A stretch of DNA of 64,000 nt from Candidatus Dojkabacteria bacterium (GTDB lineage: Bacteria; Patescibacteriota; Dojkabacteria; J137), in the NCBI GenBank assembly GCA_030950485.1, contig JAUZRK010000015.1, forward strand, positions 2,010 through 66,009, written 5' to 3'. Positions 31,563 through 41,873 of this stretch are shown one piece after another. Every line of letters starts with the position of its first letter. Position 1 is the first letter of the stretch. A program made the translations under genes and the position numbers. Below the pieces are notes generated by a model. It ran no database searches, was not told the DNA's origin, and worked only from the letters and a program-made list of their open reading frames with translations.

Positions 31563-32786
31563 CTAAGCAGCCTGTACTATAGGTTTACCTTTACTGTTAG
31601 TATCAGATCTCTTCATAAAATCGGCTCTGTCAGATTTCTCAAAATCTCCTACTGGGCTAATATTTAATTGAGTATTGTAACTTGTAGGTAGACCTTGGGG
31701 ATCTGAAATTGTGAATACAATATTTGGTATTTGACCAGAATAATTTAAATCAGTAGGTGTAAAGGTTACATCTCCTGTTCTATTATTCACTGTGAATGTC
31801 CCGATACTATCTTCATTACCTACTTCTACAGGTGAAAAATCCTCATCTAACCCCACAGTAGTTATACCTCCAGTAAATGGAATTATATTTCCATCAATTG
31901 TAATGTTTGATAGTCTCAATTCGTTTAAATTATTGTCAACATCTTCAATTATTTCTATATTATCTTGGTCAGTGAAGGCATTAAATCTAGCTTCCTCTGT
32001 TTGATCAAAATTTAGAACCCTTCCGTTTGTTCCAAAATCTCTAATCACTTCAGGTTCATCATTAACTGAGCCAACAAAGACTCCATTAACAGCTACTGTA
32101 GTAGTTCCTCCACCAGAATCACTTACTCCAAAAACAAATCTTGGAACTTCACCATGAAAATTTAACTCAGGTGTGAAGTTTACGATACCAGTTTCTGGAT
32201 CTACCTCAATATGACCGACTATATTATTACCATCTGCGTCGTAGATTGCTACAGGTTCTTTAAAATCACTTGAAATATGAATTGTATCTTCTCCTGTGAT
32301 AACTCTAACGTCTGTGATTCTTGGGACATCTCCTTCATCAATATTTTCAACATAATCAAAGACACTTATTATAGAAGTAGTATCTTCTTCAATTTTTATC
32401 GTAGGTACGTTTTTTATTGTTGTAGGTGCGTCATTAACAGGATCTACTATTATATCTAATCTTTGAGATGCTGTTGAAATTCCGTCACTAACATTTACTT
32501 CAACATAAGGAACTGCTCCATTAAAGTTTTCAGTTGATCTAAAGAAAATATTTTCAGTTCCATTATTAACACTCAGTGTCCCAATAATTTCCCCTTTTGC
32601 ATTTAGTACCTCAATATTATTGGCACCCCCAGTTACTCCTATTGTCTCTCCATTAATTACTACATCAGTTATATTAAGAGCATCTCCACCAACATCAGTT
32701 ACATTATCAAATACATTATTTACAAAGATGTTTGTATCTTCGTTACCGGTTACCTCAATCGTGCTTATTGCTACTACGGGGCATCA
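31563..32786 (-). CDS. C-terminal segment of the VNDAP-repeat adhesin (frameshifted continuation of 32774..35578)
   Basis: The frame is open from 32783 to 31563 with no start codon. It reads ..VVAISTIEVTGNEDTNIFVNNVFDN.. directly after the ...PVNDAP* end of the upstream ORF. The GTG reported as a start is internal. Confidence 0.55.
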
Positions 32787-35578
32787 TTAACCGGAGTTAC
32801 AGTAATATCTAGCAATGTTGAATCGTATTCACCATTCCCGTCTCCAACATAAACTCTTGGCATCTCTGGAGTTCCATTATAATCCTGCGCTGGATCAAAC
32901 CAAGTACTTCCATCAGATGCTATAGCTAAGGTTCCTGCAATTACAGTGTTGTCCGCGGAGTCATTTACTGGTATAAATGTATATCCTGTCTGATCTAGAT
33001 AATGCCACTCATTGTTAATATAAACGGCAGCTACATTTAAGTTATCTCCATCAACATCAGTAAAATTATCTAATACATTAGGTAGTTGAGCAAAGTCTGT
33101 GAAATCACTAGAATAATCTTCTTCAATTTCAAATGGAATAGTTGGACTAAGTGCTTCGGGAGCGTCATTAACAGCAGCAGCTGATGTAGTAGCTGTAAAA
33201 CTAGTCCCTCCTGCTAAAGAAACTGTAATAGTTCCTATATCACCATTAAAGTTTTCAGGGGTAACTATGCTAACATCTCCATTTTTGCTTACTAATATTG
33301 CTACTGTTTCACCAGTTTCTAATGTTATATTTGTTGGCGAACCAATTTTGATTTCAACATCTCCAATTGTAATAGACTCAATTTGTACAGAGCCATTCAT
33401 ACTATCGAAATTATCTTTGATATTTCCAACTATATTCCAATCGTTATTTCCATCTTCATTTGAATCATAATCTTCTACTGTAGTTAGTGTAAGATTATCA
33501 TCATGAATTATTGGAGGCAATACTTCAAGTAAACCTTGAACATACTCTGAGTTATAACTATTGCTTTGCCAAATTACTTCTCCAGTACTATTAGTAGTAT
33601 GAGTCATTCTAGTTACTCCAGACTCATCTTCAATAAAGTAGTATTTATTACCTGCAGTATCCTCAGTAAAACCATACTCTATAGTTTCTGTTCCTATGTC
33701 TGTTACTCTTGTAAACTCATTTAGAGTAATAGTATCTCTTGTTAATTCTACTGTTTCGCCAGTTTCTTCATTAACAATAATTGCAGGCTCTCCTTCTTCA
33801 GTGTATAGAATTGCATAATCTATATTTAGCTCTGGTCTAACTGTAAAGTCTCCTCCAATAGAGTCTTTGTCGTGATAGTAAGTCTCACCATCTTGCTCTA
33901 CCGGATATAAGTTTCTTCCATCATCAGTTACAATAACTTCTCCTTCAACATAATTGAAACTATTACCTGGATCTCCGTAAACTAGAACTGCATCATCATT
34001 TGAATTTATATAGCTAACACTACTAATATAAGTACCATTAACTGTAATTTCTAATTGTTCATGTCCACCATTGTTGGTAGGTGCATATATTGTATAGTCA
34101 TTACTTCCATCTACATTCTCACTAATAGGAACAAATGTCGTCTCATTACTTCCATTTGATGAATCTTGGATGTAAAATCCAACAACTTCGTCCGCTTCAT
34201 TTGTCGCTACAAATACTGTATCGTTACCTTTTGCTATTCCTGCATTTCCACTTAATACAACTTGTTCACCTGCGTTATCAACAGTAATATGAGTAACTCC
34301 AGCAGCTTCTGCTAATTCACTATTTGTAACTATAAGAAGATTATCATCAGTATCATTATCTAATATTATATAGCCATCATCATTGTCCACTTCTATAGAA
34401 CCCAGCGGATTAGTATAAACTGTTTGTGCAGTTGCATTTGTAGTAGTGCTGCTTTGAATTTGGGCTATAGTTAAGTCAGCTACTGTTGTTTCAAGATAAT
34501 TAGTATCTCCCTCTCCCGATGCTACCCATCCAGTGTGCTCAGAACCAATGTTATCTTCGAAAGTAACTTCTAACCATGTAATACCTTCGTTATAAACGCT
34601 ATTGCCTGTTAGAGTTAAAGTATCTCCATCTGATATTGTAACTTCTGTATATCCATCTGGGTAAGTTACTTCATCAGAATTTGTTGAAGGGAAGCTTCTG
34701 AAATTTAAGTCAGCTTCGTTCGTAGCAACAGTTACAGTGGTATTAGCTTCGTGCTCTACTCTAGTATGAGTATTCTCATTACCTGATACAGTTTTGCTAA
34801 ATCTCCTATTTGTATGTTTATCATCATTACTATCTTTATCAGTACTATCACTAGAATGTTTTGATCTTACAGCCTTTATATGTTTATTTTCTTCTTTAGA
34901 TTCATCAGTTACAGTTAATGCTATTTTTGCAACACTTACTGTTCCATCCTTATTATCAATAATCTTATCTGTAACGATTTCTTTGTGATTTGCTGATAGT
35001 ATTTCAATCTCCTCTTGCTTACCTGCATCATCAAAAATTATCATTTTCGTAGATCCACCTTTGCTCGTATCTCTTGGATCATTAGGTGTAAACTTGAAGA
35101 TATTCTCACCTTCTTTGAAATAAACTGAACCATCTTTGTCTACTAATGTGGTATCGGTTTGTTTAAGTTCTTCTCTTAAATCTACTTTACTCGGGTCATA
35201 AACGATTATGTTTAATTGAGAAGCTACATATAACTGTATAGTTCTTAACATTAAATCAACTCTAGATTGAGCTAATTCAATATTTTCTTCTATTTGATCT
35301 CCTGCTTTTGCTAGAGATAACTCTAATATTTGAGTGATTTGTTCGCTTAGGAAATAAGCATTGGTAATTGCATTTTCTGTAACTAAAGTGGTTATTTCAC
35401 TTACTTTGTGTGCTAACTGATTTGCATTTAATTTAGCAGTTTCGACTGTATCGTTTACAGCTCTAGCAGTATCGATAAAATGAACTAGCGGAGTTGCCTC
35501 TATAGCTTCCGATGTTTCAGTAGCGTAATGATGCAAGATAGTTCCTAATTGATCATTTAATCCATGAAATGTATGCAT
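32774..35578 (-). CDS. Giant adhesin-like protein with cadherin/VCBS-like VNDAP repeats (N-terminal 934-aa segment)
   Basis: Recurrent ..VNDAP.. motifs. T/S/N/D/G-rich beta-strand repeats. Ends at a G4 run where the frame shifts. Confidence 0.65.
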   Translation of the reverse strand: MHTFHGLNDQLGTILHHYATETSEAIEATPLVHFIDTARAVNDTVETAKLNANQLAHKVSEITTLVTENAITNAYFLSEQITQILELSLAKAGDQIEENIELAQSRVDLMLRTIQLYVASQLNIIVYDPSKVDLREELKQTDTTLVDKDGSVYFKEGENIFKFTPNDPRDTSKGGSTKMIIFDDAGKQEEIEILSANHKEIVTDKIIDNKDGTVSVAKIALTVTDESKEENKHIKAVRSKHSSDSTDKDSNDDKHTNRRFSKTVSGNENTHTRVEHEANTTVTVATNEADLNFRSFPSTNSDEVTYPDGYTEVTISDGDTLTLTGNSVYNEGITWLEVTFEDNIGSEHTGWVASGEGDTNYLETTVADLTIAQIQSSTTTNATAQTVYTNPLGSIEVDNDDGYIILDNDTDDNLLIVTNSELAEAAGVTHITVDNAGEQVVLSGNAGIAKGNDTVFVATNEADEVVGFYIQDSSNGSNETTFVPISENVDGSNDYTIYAPTNNGGHEQLEITVNGTYISSVSYINSNDDAVLVYGDPGNSFNYVEGEVIVTDDGRNLYPVEQDGETYYHDKDSIGGDFTVRPELNIDYAILYTEEGEPAIIVNEETGETVELTRDTITLNEFTRVTDIGTETIEYGFTEDTAGNKYYFIEDESGVTRMTHTTNSTGEVIWQSNSYNSEYVQGLLEVLPPIIHDDNLTLTTVEDYDSNEDGNNDWNIVGNIKDNFDSMNGSVQIESITIGDVEIKIGSPTNITLETGETVAILVSKNGDVSIVTPENFNGDIGTITVSLAGGTSFTATTSAAAVNDAPEALSPTIPFEIEEDYSSDFTDFAQLPNVLDNFTDVDGDNLNVAAVYINNEWHYLDQTGYTFIPVNDSADNTVIAGTLAIASDGSTWFDPAQDYNGTPEMPRVYVGDGNGEYDSTLLDITVTPVNDAP

Positions 35579-35596
35579 AGCATCTTCTACTGTTTC

Positions 35597-36427
35597 TTAT
35601 TGTCCAATATATGAACTTCCTAAAATTGCTGATCCAAATGTTAAATTCGTAAGTCCATTAGCTGCCGCACTAACAGTATGTCCAAAATTTAATGCAGTAC
35701 TAACTGTGGTGCTAAGTGCTGCTCCATGGTAATAAGTTGCAATAAATGTTGCCGCTGAGTTATCTGACTCAAGAGCTGCGTTTCTCATAGACTCGCTTGC
35801 AGTTACTTCAATAGAGAAGTTTTTTAGGCCATACTCTAATGCTAGTCCAACTGGTCCAAATAAAGTCTTTAGTAGGGTGCTTACTCCAGCTGCTCCTGCC
35901 ATCATCATTAATTTTTGATTTGCCAATGCAATTTGCTCAGGATCTCCAGATTTTAATTGCATATCAATTTCTACAAGCATTATTCTCTGTGGGCTATTAG
36001 GATTTCTCAAGCTATTAATCATCTGACCACTTGTATATAAGCTATATACAGAGGCAGCGCTTTGTCCAAAAACTAAAGCCATTCCTCCTCCTGCTATAAA
36101 TCCAAATTTTGCGCCAATTTCAGCTGCTTTAGTAGCTCCCTCTAATGTTACTCCTCCGACACTATTTGCTAGGGTAGATGGTAAAGTCGCTCCTTTTTTA
36201 CTAGCTAGTTTGTATAATTCAACTAACTGAATAGGCTTACCATTAATATCGGTAACTCCCTGCTCTAATGCATTAGCTAATCCTTTAATATTTATAAATT
36301 TGAAATTTGATTGATCTAACTCAATCAATAGTTTGTTTAGTGCTCCATTTTCTAAAAGCGCATTTAATTTATCAGGGTCTAAAGTTCCATCTGCAGTTAA
36401 AAATTTAAAATCATCTTCTAGATTCAT
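35597..36427 (-). CDS. Hypothetical Gly/Ala-rich protein
   Basis: 276 aa. GATKAAEIGAKFGFIAGGGMALVFGQSAASVYSLYTSG region. Its TAA stop is in frame with, and 6 codons before, the ATG of the adhesin segment. Confidence 0.4.
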   Translation of the reverse strand: MNLEDDFKFLTADGTLDPDKLNALLENGALNKLLIELDQSNFKFINIKGLANALEQGVTDINGKPIQLVELYKLASKKGATLPSTLANSVGGVTLEGATKAAEIGAKFGFIAGGGMALVFGQSAASVYSLYTSGQMINSLRNPNSPQRIMLVEIDMQLKSGDPEQIALANQKLMMMAGAAGVSTLLKTLFGPVGLALEYGLKNFSIEVTASESMRNAALESDNSAATFIATYYHGAALSTTVSTALNFGHTVSAAANGLTNLTFGSAILGSSYIGQ

Positions 36428-36447
36428 GTTTATTGTCTTGAAGACAT

Positions 36448-36750
36448 CTAGAAAAGAGGTATCTGTAGCTGTTTTCCTAGTAATTTAAGTTCAATAGATC
36501 TAGCTAATGTTCTAAATCCTGTCTGTGTAAACACTTTAGAAAGAGCTGTTTCTGAAAACGCTCTTATTTCAGAGCTTGCCATTCTTACAGACTCTCTGGC
36601 AGAATTCCACATGTTTCCTACTCTTTGGAAAAAGCCAACTTCTTCATTTTCTGTTATTTCTCTTTGAACTATGTTGCCTGTATGAGCAGCTATAGTTGTT
36701 TTCATTGCAATGCTTTGTAAATCCTCATCACCGAAAACTATTCTGGCCAT
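36448..36750 (-). CDS. Hypothetical protein
   Basis: 100-aa ORF upstream in the same transcriptional direction as the adhesin block. Confidence 0.3.
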   Translation of the reverse strand: MARIVFGDEDLQSIAMKTTIAAHTGNIVQREITENEEVGFFQRVGNMWNSARESVRMASSEIRAFSETALSKVFTQTGFRTLARSIELKLLGKQLQIPLF

Positions 36751-37226
36751 ATTCTCAGCAGCGCTTCTTAATTGATTGAAGCCGTTAGAAATATCATTAA
36801 TTAACCCGCTATCTGTTTCTGAATCTGTAATAAGATCACTTCAGCTTATAGTTATATCAACCACGATTATCGAAATAAAAACATATATAATAACTATGCA
36901 ACAACTATATCATTGTTATGTAATTATGGCAACGCCTGGCATCACTATACAATCACTTGTAGAAAAAATCTTAATATGGGTCTTGAGTATAATTAGTCCA
37001 AATACACTTGTCATATAAGATATCAATTTAATAATGAGATAAGATTATTTAGAGTGTTTACATTTTTTACTATATATGTTTAAATACGCGTGGAAATAAG
37101 AACCTTAAAGAGAATTGATAAAGAAAAAATACAGATTTTCTGCAACCTATTTGAAGTATGAAAACGATCGCTCCAAGATGCTATTGTAAATATTTAGTTA
37201 TAGCGCTATAATTCGGCGTCAGGTAC

Positions 37227-37487
37227 ATGTCTTTAAAAAATAAAACAACCGAAACTGAAGAGGAAAGGATAAAAAGAATGAAGAGTCAGTCTTATAAGCT
37301 ATTCTTCAGAGTCTCTCTAATAGTTGTAGTACCGGCAATGCTGAGTACTTTAATAGGCTATCTTATAGATAGAAAATTTGATATAAAACCATACGGAACG
37401 CTAGGAAGCTTACTGTTCTTTTATATTGTAACCTGGGTCGTTTTAGCACTATTTTTAAAAAAGTCAGTTTTTAAAAACAATGAATAA
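37227..37487 (+). CDS. AtpZ/AtpI-like small membrane protein, first gene of the atp operon
   Basis: 86 aa with two TM helices. Overlaps atpB by 8 nt. Its position is typical of ATPase gene 1. Confidence 0.5.
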   Translation: MSLKNKTTETEEERIKRMKSQSYKLFFRVSLIVVVPAMLSTLIGYLIDRKFDIKPYGTLGSLLFFYIVTWVVLALFLKKSVFKNNE

Positions 37488-38289
37488 CTTTTTTGATTTT
37501 GTAACAATTGAAACAACTGATATTTCTATTGTTTCTGAAAGACTCTTTGAAATAAAGGAGATAGGTCTCAAGGTAACAGGTCCAATGATTACCGTCTTAT
37601 TTACAACATTCTTACTTATTATTGCTGCATTCTTTCTGAATGCATTTTTTATCAAAAAAGAAGGTGCACCAGGTAAAATTCAATCTTCTTTAGAATTATT
37701 ATATATCCAATTAAGTGATCTGATAGCAAAAATAGTAGGTGATAAAGAAGTTGGTCGAAAAATAATGCCAGCCATTTCTGCAGTTTTTGTATATATTCTT
37801 ATTGATAATGTACTTGGAATACTTATACCTTTTTTAGGAGCAGTTACTTATGATGGAAGTAGTATTTTTGTTACTAGTACTAGTGATTTAAATACAACTT
37901 TTGGAATAGCATCTACAGTTGTTTTATGGACTCATTATGAAAGCATAAAGAAAAACAATCCTATTAAACATATTCTGAAATTTATTAAATTAGATTCAGT
38001 TGCTAATGGAATTAAGAAAGGTCCAGGAGGAGTAGGACTTGCTTTAATTGATGTTTTTATAGGAATATTAGATATAGTTTCTGAGTTTGCAAAATCTTTA
38101 TCTCTTTCACTAAGATTATTTGGTAACATGTTTGCTGGTGAAGTTTTGATGACTCTTTTATTAAGTTCTTTTGCCTTAGTTCTACCTATAAGTTTGATGT
38201 TTATGGGTATTTTTACTGGAACATTACAAGCGTTAGTTTTTGCGGCTCTTAGTGCATCGTACTTTGGAGCAGCTTTAAAAGATGATTAA
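37480..38289 (+). CDS. atpB: F0F1 ATP synthase subunit a
   Basis: Conserved C-terminal motifs LSLSLRLFGNMFAGE and the essential Arg context. 5-6 TM helices. Confidence 0.85.
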   Translation: MNNFFDFVTIETTDISIVSERLFEIKEIGLKVTGPMITVLFTTFLLIIAAFFLNAFFIKKEGAPGKIQSSLELLYIQLSDLIAKIVGDKEVGRKIMPAISAVFVYILIDNVLGILIPFLGAVTYDGSSIFVTSTSDLNTTFGIASTVVLWTHYESIKKNNPIKHILKFIKLDSVANGIKKGPGGVGLALIDVFIGILDIVSEFAKSLSLSLRLFGNMFAGEVLMTLLLSSFALVLPISLMFMGIFTGTLQALVFAALSASYFGAALKDD

Positions 38290-38377
38290 TAATTAGTGAT
38301 TAGTAATTAATAATAATTAGAGAAATTTAAATCTCTAAGTAATTAATTCATAATTTTTAATTTTTAATTCAAACAAA

Positions 38378-38593
38378 ATGGGAGTAGAAGGAGCAACAGC
38401 TTTTGCTAAAGCAATTATAATATTAGCAATGATGCCTACAGCTTTAGCTGAAGGAATGTTAGTATCAAGCGCTTTTAGAGCGATTGGTAGAAATCCAAAG
38501 CTTGAGGAAACATTATTTCCAAAAGTAATTATCTCTGTAGCTTTAGTTGAGTCTACAGCTATCTATGCTCTAGTAGCATTCTTTACTTTATAA
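38378..38593 (+). CDS. atpE: F0F1 ATP synthase subunit c
   Basis: 71-aa hairpin proteolipid with the conserved carboxylate helix (..AFRAIGRNP...LVESTAIYALVAFF). Confidence 0.85.
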   Translation: MGVEGATAFAKAIIILAMMPTALAEGMLVSSAFRAIGRNPKLEETLFPKVIISVALVESTAIYALVAFFTL

Positions 38594-38625
38594 GTTTTAA
38601 TATCTTTCTTAACTAATGGTTAAGA

Positions 38626-39150
38626 TTGTTTAGCAATATGGATATACAAGAAATTTTTGACAAAATAGGATTTGACTTTAAAATGGCTATTTTTAACATG
38701 GTTAATTTTCTAGTCTTTTTCTTTATTCTTCATAAATTTGTTTTTGGTAAAATAGCAAAGATTATTGAAGAGAGAAACAACAAAATAGAGACTGGTTTGA
38801 AAGATGCAGAGGCTGCAAAGCAAGCAAAAAATCATGCAGAAGAAACAGCATTAGATATAGTTAGAGAAGCTAGTGAAAAGGCTAATACTATAATTGCTGA
38901 ATCTAAGAGTTCTGCAAATAAAGAAGTATCTGAAATAAAAGATAAAGCTCAAATAGAGATAAAGGACATGAAAGATAGAGCTAAAAAACAGCTTGAGACT
39001 GAAAAACAGGAAGTAATGGGAGAAATCAAAGAGAAGACAGCAGATCTTGCTATTCAGGCCACAGAAAAAATCATTGGTGAAAAAATCAATGATAAAAAAG
39101 ATAAAGAAATTATTAATGACTATCTAAACAAGATAGATCCAAATGTATAA
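38626..39150 (+). CDS. atpF: F0F1 ATP synthase subunit b
   Basis: N-terminal TM helix followed by a long K/E/A-rich coiled coil. 174 aa. Confidence 0.8.
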   Translation: MFSNMDIQEIFDKIGFDFKMAIFNMVNFLVFFFILHKFVFGKIAKIIEERNNKIETGLKDAEAAKQAKNHAEETALDIVREASEKANTIIAESKSSANKEVSEIKDKAQIEIKDMKDRAKKQLETEKQEVMGEIKEKTADLAIQATEKIIGEKINDKKDKEIINDYLNKIDPNV

Positions 39151-39152
39151 AA

Positions 39153-39392
39153 ATGAAAAATAATAAAGAAGAAAAAGATCAAAAGAAAAACATTATAACT
39201 TTGGTTGCTGCTCATAAAATAAGTAGTGAGTCAGTTAAAATTGTTAAAGAAAAATTTGGTGAAGATTATGAAATTAAAGAAATAATAGATGCCTCTTTGC
39301 TAGGTGGAATTATCGTTAAAAGTGATAAGAAAATCTTTGATGGATCTGTTAAAACCAAGTTACAAAACTTACATGAATCATTAAAAAAATAA
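39153..39392 (+). CDS. atpH: F0F1 ATP synthase subunit delta, unusually short (C-terminal domain only)
   Basis: The 79 aa align to the delta C-terminal domain (..[25 protein letters not shown]..). The N-terminal alpha-binding domain is absent. Confidence 0.55.
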   Translation: MKNNKEEKDQKKNIITLVAAHKISSESVKIVKEKFGEDYEIKEIIDASLLGGIIVKSDKKIFDGSVKTKLQNLHESLKK

Positions 39393-39423
39393 TGATTCTG
39401 TTTTATTTATAATAAAATTTAGT

Positions 39424-40914
39424 ATGAATAAAGCTGATACTATAGTTGATGACATAAAAAAAGATATCGAAGATTTTGAGATTGATTCTGATACAGAAGA
39501 AGTTGGTGAAGTTATTGAGGTAAAGGATGGAATTGCGAAAATAAGAGGATTAATGTCTTGCGGCTCAAATGAGATGTTAGATCTTCCGCATGGAGTAATA
39601 GGATTAGCACTAAACCTTGAGAAAGAGACAGTAGGGGCTATTTTATTAGGTGACTATATTAAAATTAAACAAGGAGATATTGTAAAAAGGACAAGGAAAA
39701 TCATGTCAATCCCTGTCGGAGATAAAATGATAGGTAGAGTAGTAAATGCTCTTGGAGAGTCTATCGATGGGGAGGGAAAAATAGAGACTAGCAAAACAAT
39801 GCCTATTGAAAGAGTAGCACCTGGTGTTATTACAAGAGAGCCAGTCTCAGTACCTTTACAAACTGGAATAAAATCTATTGATGCTTTAATTCCAATTGGA
39901 AGAGGACAAAGAGAATTAATTCTTGGCGATCGACAAACAGGAAAGACTGCTCTTGCTATAGATACTATCATCAATCAAAAAGGACAAAATGTTATTTGTG
40001 TTTACGTTACAGTAGGTCAAAAGGCAAGTAAAATTGCTACTCTAGTTTCAAAACTTAGAGAGGCTGGAGCAATGGAATACACAACTGTTGTTTTAGCTGG
40101 TGCAAGTGAACCAGCCCCAATGCTTTATCTAGCTCCTTACTCTGGAGTTACTATAGCTGAATATTTTGCTGATCAAGGTAAAGATGTATTAGTTATTTAT
40201 GATGATCTTACTAAGCAAGCTATTGCTTATAGAGAAATGTCATTACTATTAAAAAGACCACCAGGACGTGAAGCTTACCCAGGAGACGTATTCTACTTAC
40301 ACTCAAGACTATTAGAAAGAGCTTGTAATCTAAACGATGATTTTGGTGGCGGTTCTATTACTGCCTTACCAATTATTGAAACGCAAGCAGGTGATATTAG
40401 TGCATATGTTCCAACAAACGTTATCTCTATTACAGATGGTCAAATATTTTTAGACACAGGTCTTTTCTATAAGGGAATGAGACCAGCTATTAATGTTGGA
40501 TCTTCAGTTTCTAGAGTTGGAAGTGCTGCTCAAATCAAACCGATGAAAAAAGTTGCAGGAAAATTAAAACTTGAACATGCTCAATTTAGAGAATTAGAAG
40601 CATTTGCAGAGTTTGCAAGTGATCTTGATGAAACAACCAAAAATAAAATTGATAGAGGTAAAAGATTAAGTGAAATCTTAAAGCAGAAACAGTACTCTCC
40701 TATGAAAGTAGAAGAGCAAGTAATTTCAATTTTTGCTGTAAATGAAGGTTTCTTTGATGATGTAGATACAAAAGAAGTATCAGAATTAGAAGGAAAATTA
40801 ATTGAACATTTTAAGAATTTGAAAAAAGATCTGTTAGCTAAATTAGAGGCTGGAGAATGGAGTGATGAAATTGTAGATGAGATAAAGAAAGGGTTAGAAG
40901 AATTTAAGAAATAA
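39424..40914 (+). CDS. atpA: F0F1 ATP synthase subunit alpha
   Basis: P-loop GDRQTGKT. Family-wide conservation across 496 aa. Confidence 0.95.
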   Translation: MNKADTIVDDIKKDIEDFEIDSDTEEVGEVIEVKDGIAKIRGLMSCGSNEMLDLPHGVIGLALNLEKETVGAILLGDYIKIKQGDIVKRTRKIMSIPVGDKMIGRVVNALGESIDGEGKIETSKTMPIERVAPGVITREPVSVPLQTGIKSIDALIPIGRGQRELILGDRQTGKTALAIDTIINQKGQNVICVYVTVGQKASKIATLVSKLREAGAMEYTTVVLAGASEPAPMLYLAPYSGVTIAEYFADQGKDVLVIYDDLTKQAIAYREMSLLLKRPPGREAYPGDVFYLHSRLLERACNLNDDFGGGSITALPIIETQAGDISAYVPTNVISITDGQIFLDTGLFYKGMRPAINVGSSVSRVGSAAQIKPMKKVAGKLKLEHAQFRELEAFAEFASDLDETTKNKIDRGKRLSEILKQKQYSPMKVEEQVISIFAVNEGFFDDVDTKEVSELEGKLIEHFKNLKKDLLAKLEAGEWSDEIVDEIKKGLEEFKK

Positions 40915-40920
40915 TTTAGT

Positions 40921-40946
40921 GAAGGCGACAATGCATTGTCGCCTTC
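40921..40946 (+). promoter_or_regulatory. Perfect 13-bp GC-rich palindrome GAAGGCGACAATG|CATTGTCGCCTTC between atpA and atpG
   Basis: Directly read. It is not followed by a T-run, so it is not a canonical terminator. It could be an intra-operon stabiliser or processing hairpin. Confidence 0.45.
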
Positions 40947-40961
40947 ATAAACCTACATACA

Positions 40962-41873
40962 ATGGCAATAAACACTAAGGCAATCAAAACAAGGATTCAA
41001 TCAGTAGAGAACACGAAGAAGATAACTCGTGCAATGCAGATGATTGCTGCGGTAAAAATGAAGAAGGCTGTTAATGCAGCTATTAGAACAAGAGAATATA
41101 GTGAACTTTCTTACGATCTTATGAGAAATCTAGCAGGCACTGAGCTCAATCATCCCTTAGCAAAAATACGTAAGGCAAAGAACTGTCTTCTTATAGTTCA
41201 TACTTCAAATAGAGGCCTTTGCGGTAGTTACAATGCTAATATAATTAGATCAGTAAGTGAATATATTGATAATAACTCTGATGTTAATTTTTCAATGATT
41301 GCTTTAGGTAATAAAGCAGCAAGGGTAGCTAAAAATTATAATCTGGAATTAGTTGGATTATATGAAAAGTTAAATGAGAACCCTAAATATGAAGATATAA
41401 TTCCTCTTGCTAAGGAAATGACTGATAAATTTATTGATAACGATATAGATCAAGTCATTGTAGCTTATACAAATTATATTTCAGGACTAAATCAACAAGT
41501 AGAATTACGTGAGATCTTACCTTTCAAGAAAAAATCTATAGAAGATTTTTATAAGAATGCAGGATCAAGAAATGAAAGTGAAGAAATTGGTGAAAAAGGA
41601 ATTGATTCAAAAGATGAATATGAATTTGAACCAAAAAAATCAGAGGTTCTAAAATATATAATTCCGATACTTGTAGAAATACAACTTTATCAAGCATTAT
41701 TAGAATCAACTGCAAGTGAGCATAGTAGTAGGATGATTGCTATGAAAAATGCAAGCGATGCTGCAGGAGATATGATTGATGACTTAACTTTACAATTTAA
41801 TAAAGGTAGACAGGCTGCTATTACACAAGAAATTAGTGAAATAGTTGCAGGAGCATCTGCTTTAGATAACTAA
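40962..41873 (+). CDS. atpG: F0F1 ATP synthase subunit gamma
   Basis: N-terminal IKTRIQSVENTKKITRAMQMIAAVKMKKA and C-terminal ..ITQEISEIVAGASAL helices. Length is as expected. Confidence 0.85.
   Translation: MAINTKAIKTRIQSVENTKKITRAMQMIAAVKMKKAVNAAIRTREYSELSYDLMRNLAGTELNHPLAKIRKAKNCLLIVHTSNRGLCGSYNANIIRSVSEYIDNNSDVNFSMIALGNKAARVAKNYNLELVGLYEKLNENPKYEDIIPLAKEMTDKFIDNDIDQVIVAYTNYISGLNQQVELREILPFKKKSIEDFYKNAGSRNESEEIGEKGIDSKDEYEFEPKKSEVLKYIIPILVEIQLYQALLESTASEHSSRMIAMKNASDAAGDMIDDLTLQFNKGRQAAITQEISEIVAGASALDN

Noticed and set aside
21831-35578. Type IX secretion C-terminal sorting domains on the giant proteins
   Set aside because: The C-termini (…GTSWYTW and …KGKPIVQAA) do not resemble the conserved T9SS CTD beta-sandwich motifs. 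I could not support the call from sequence alone.
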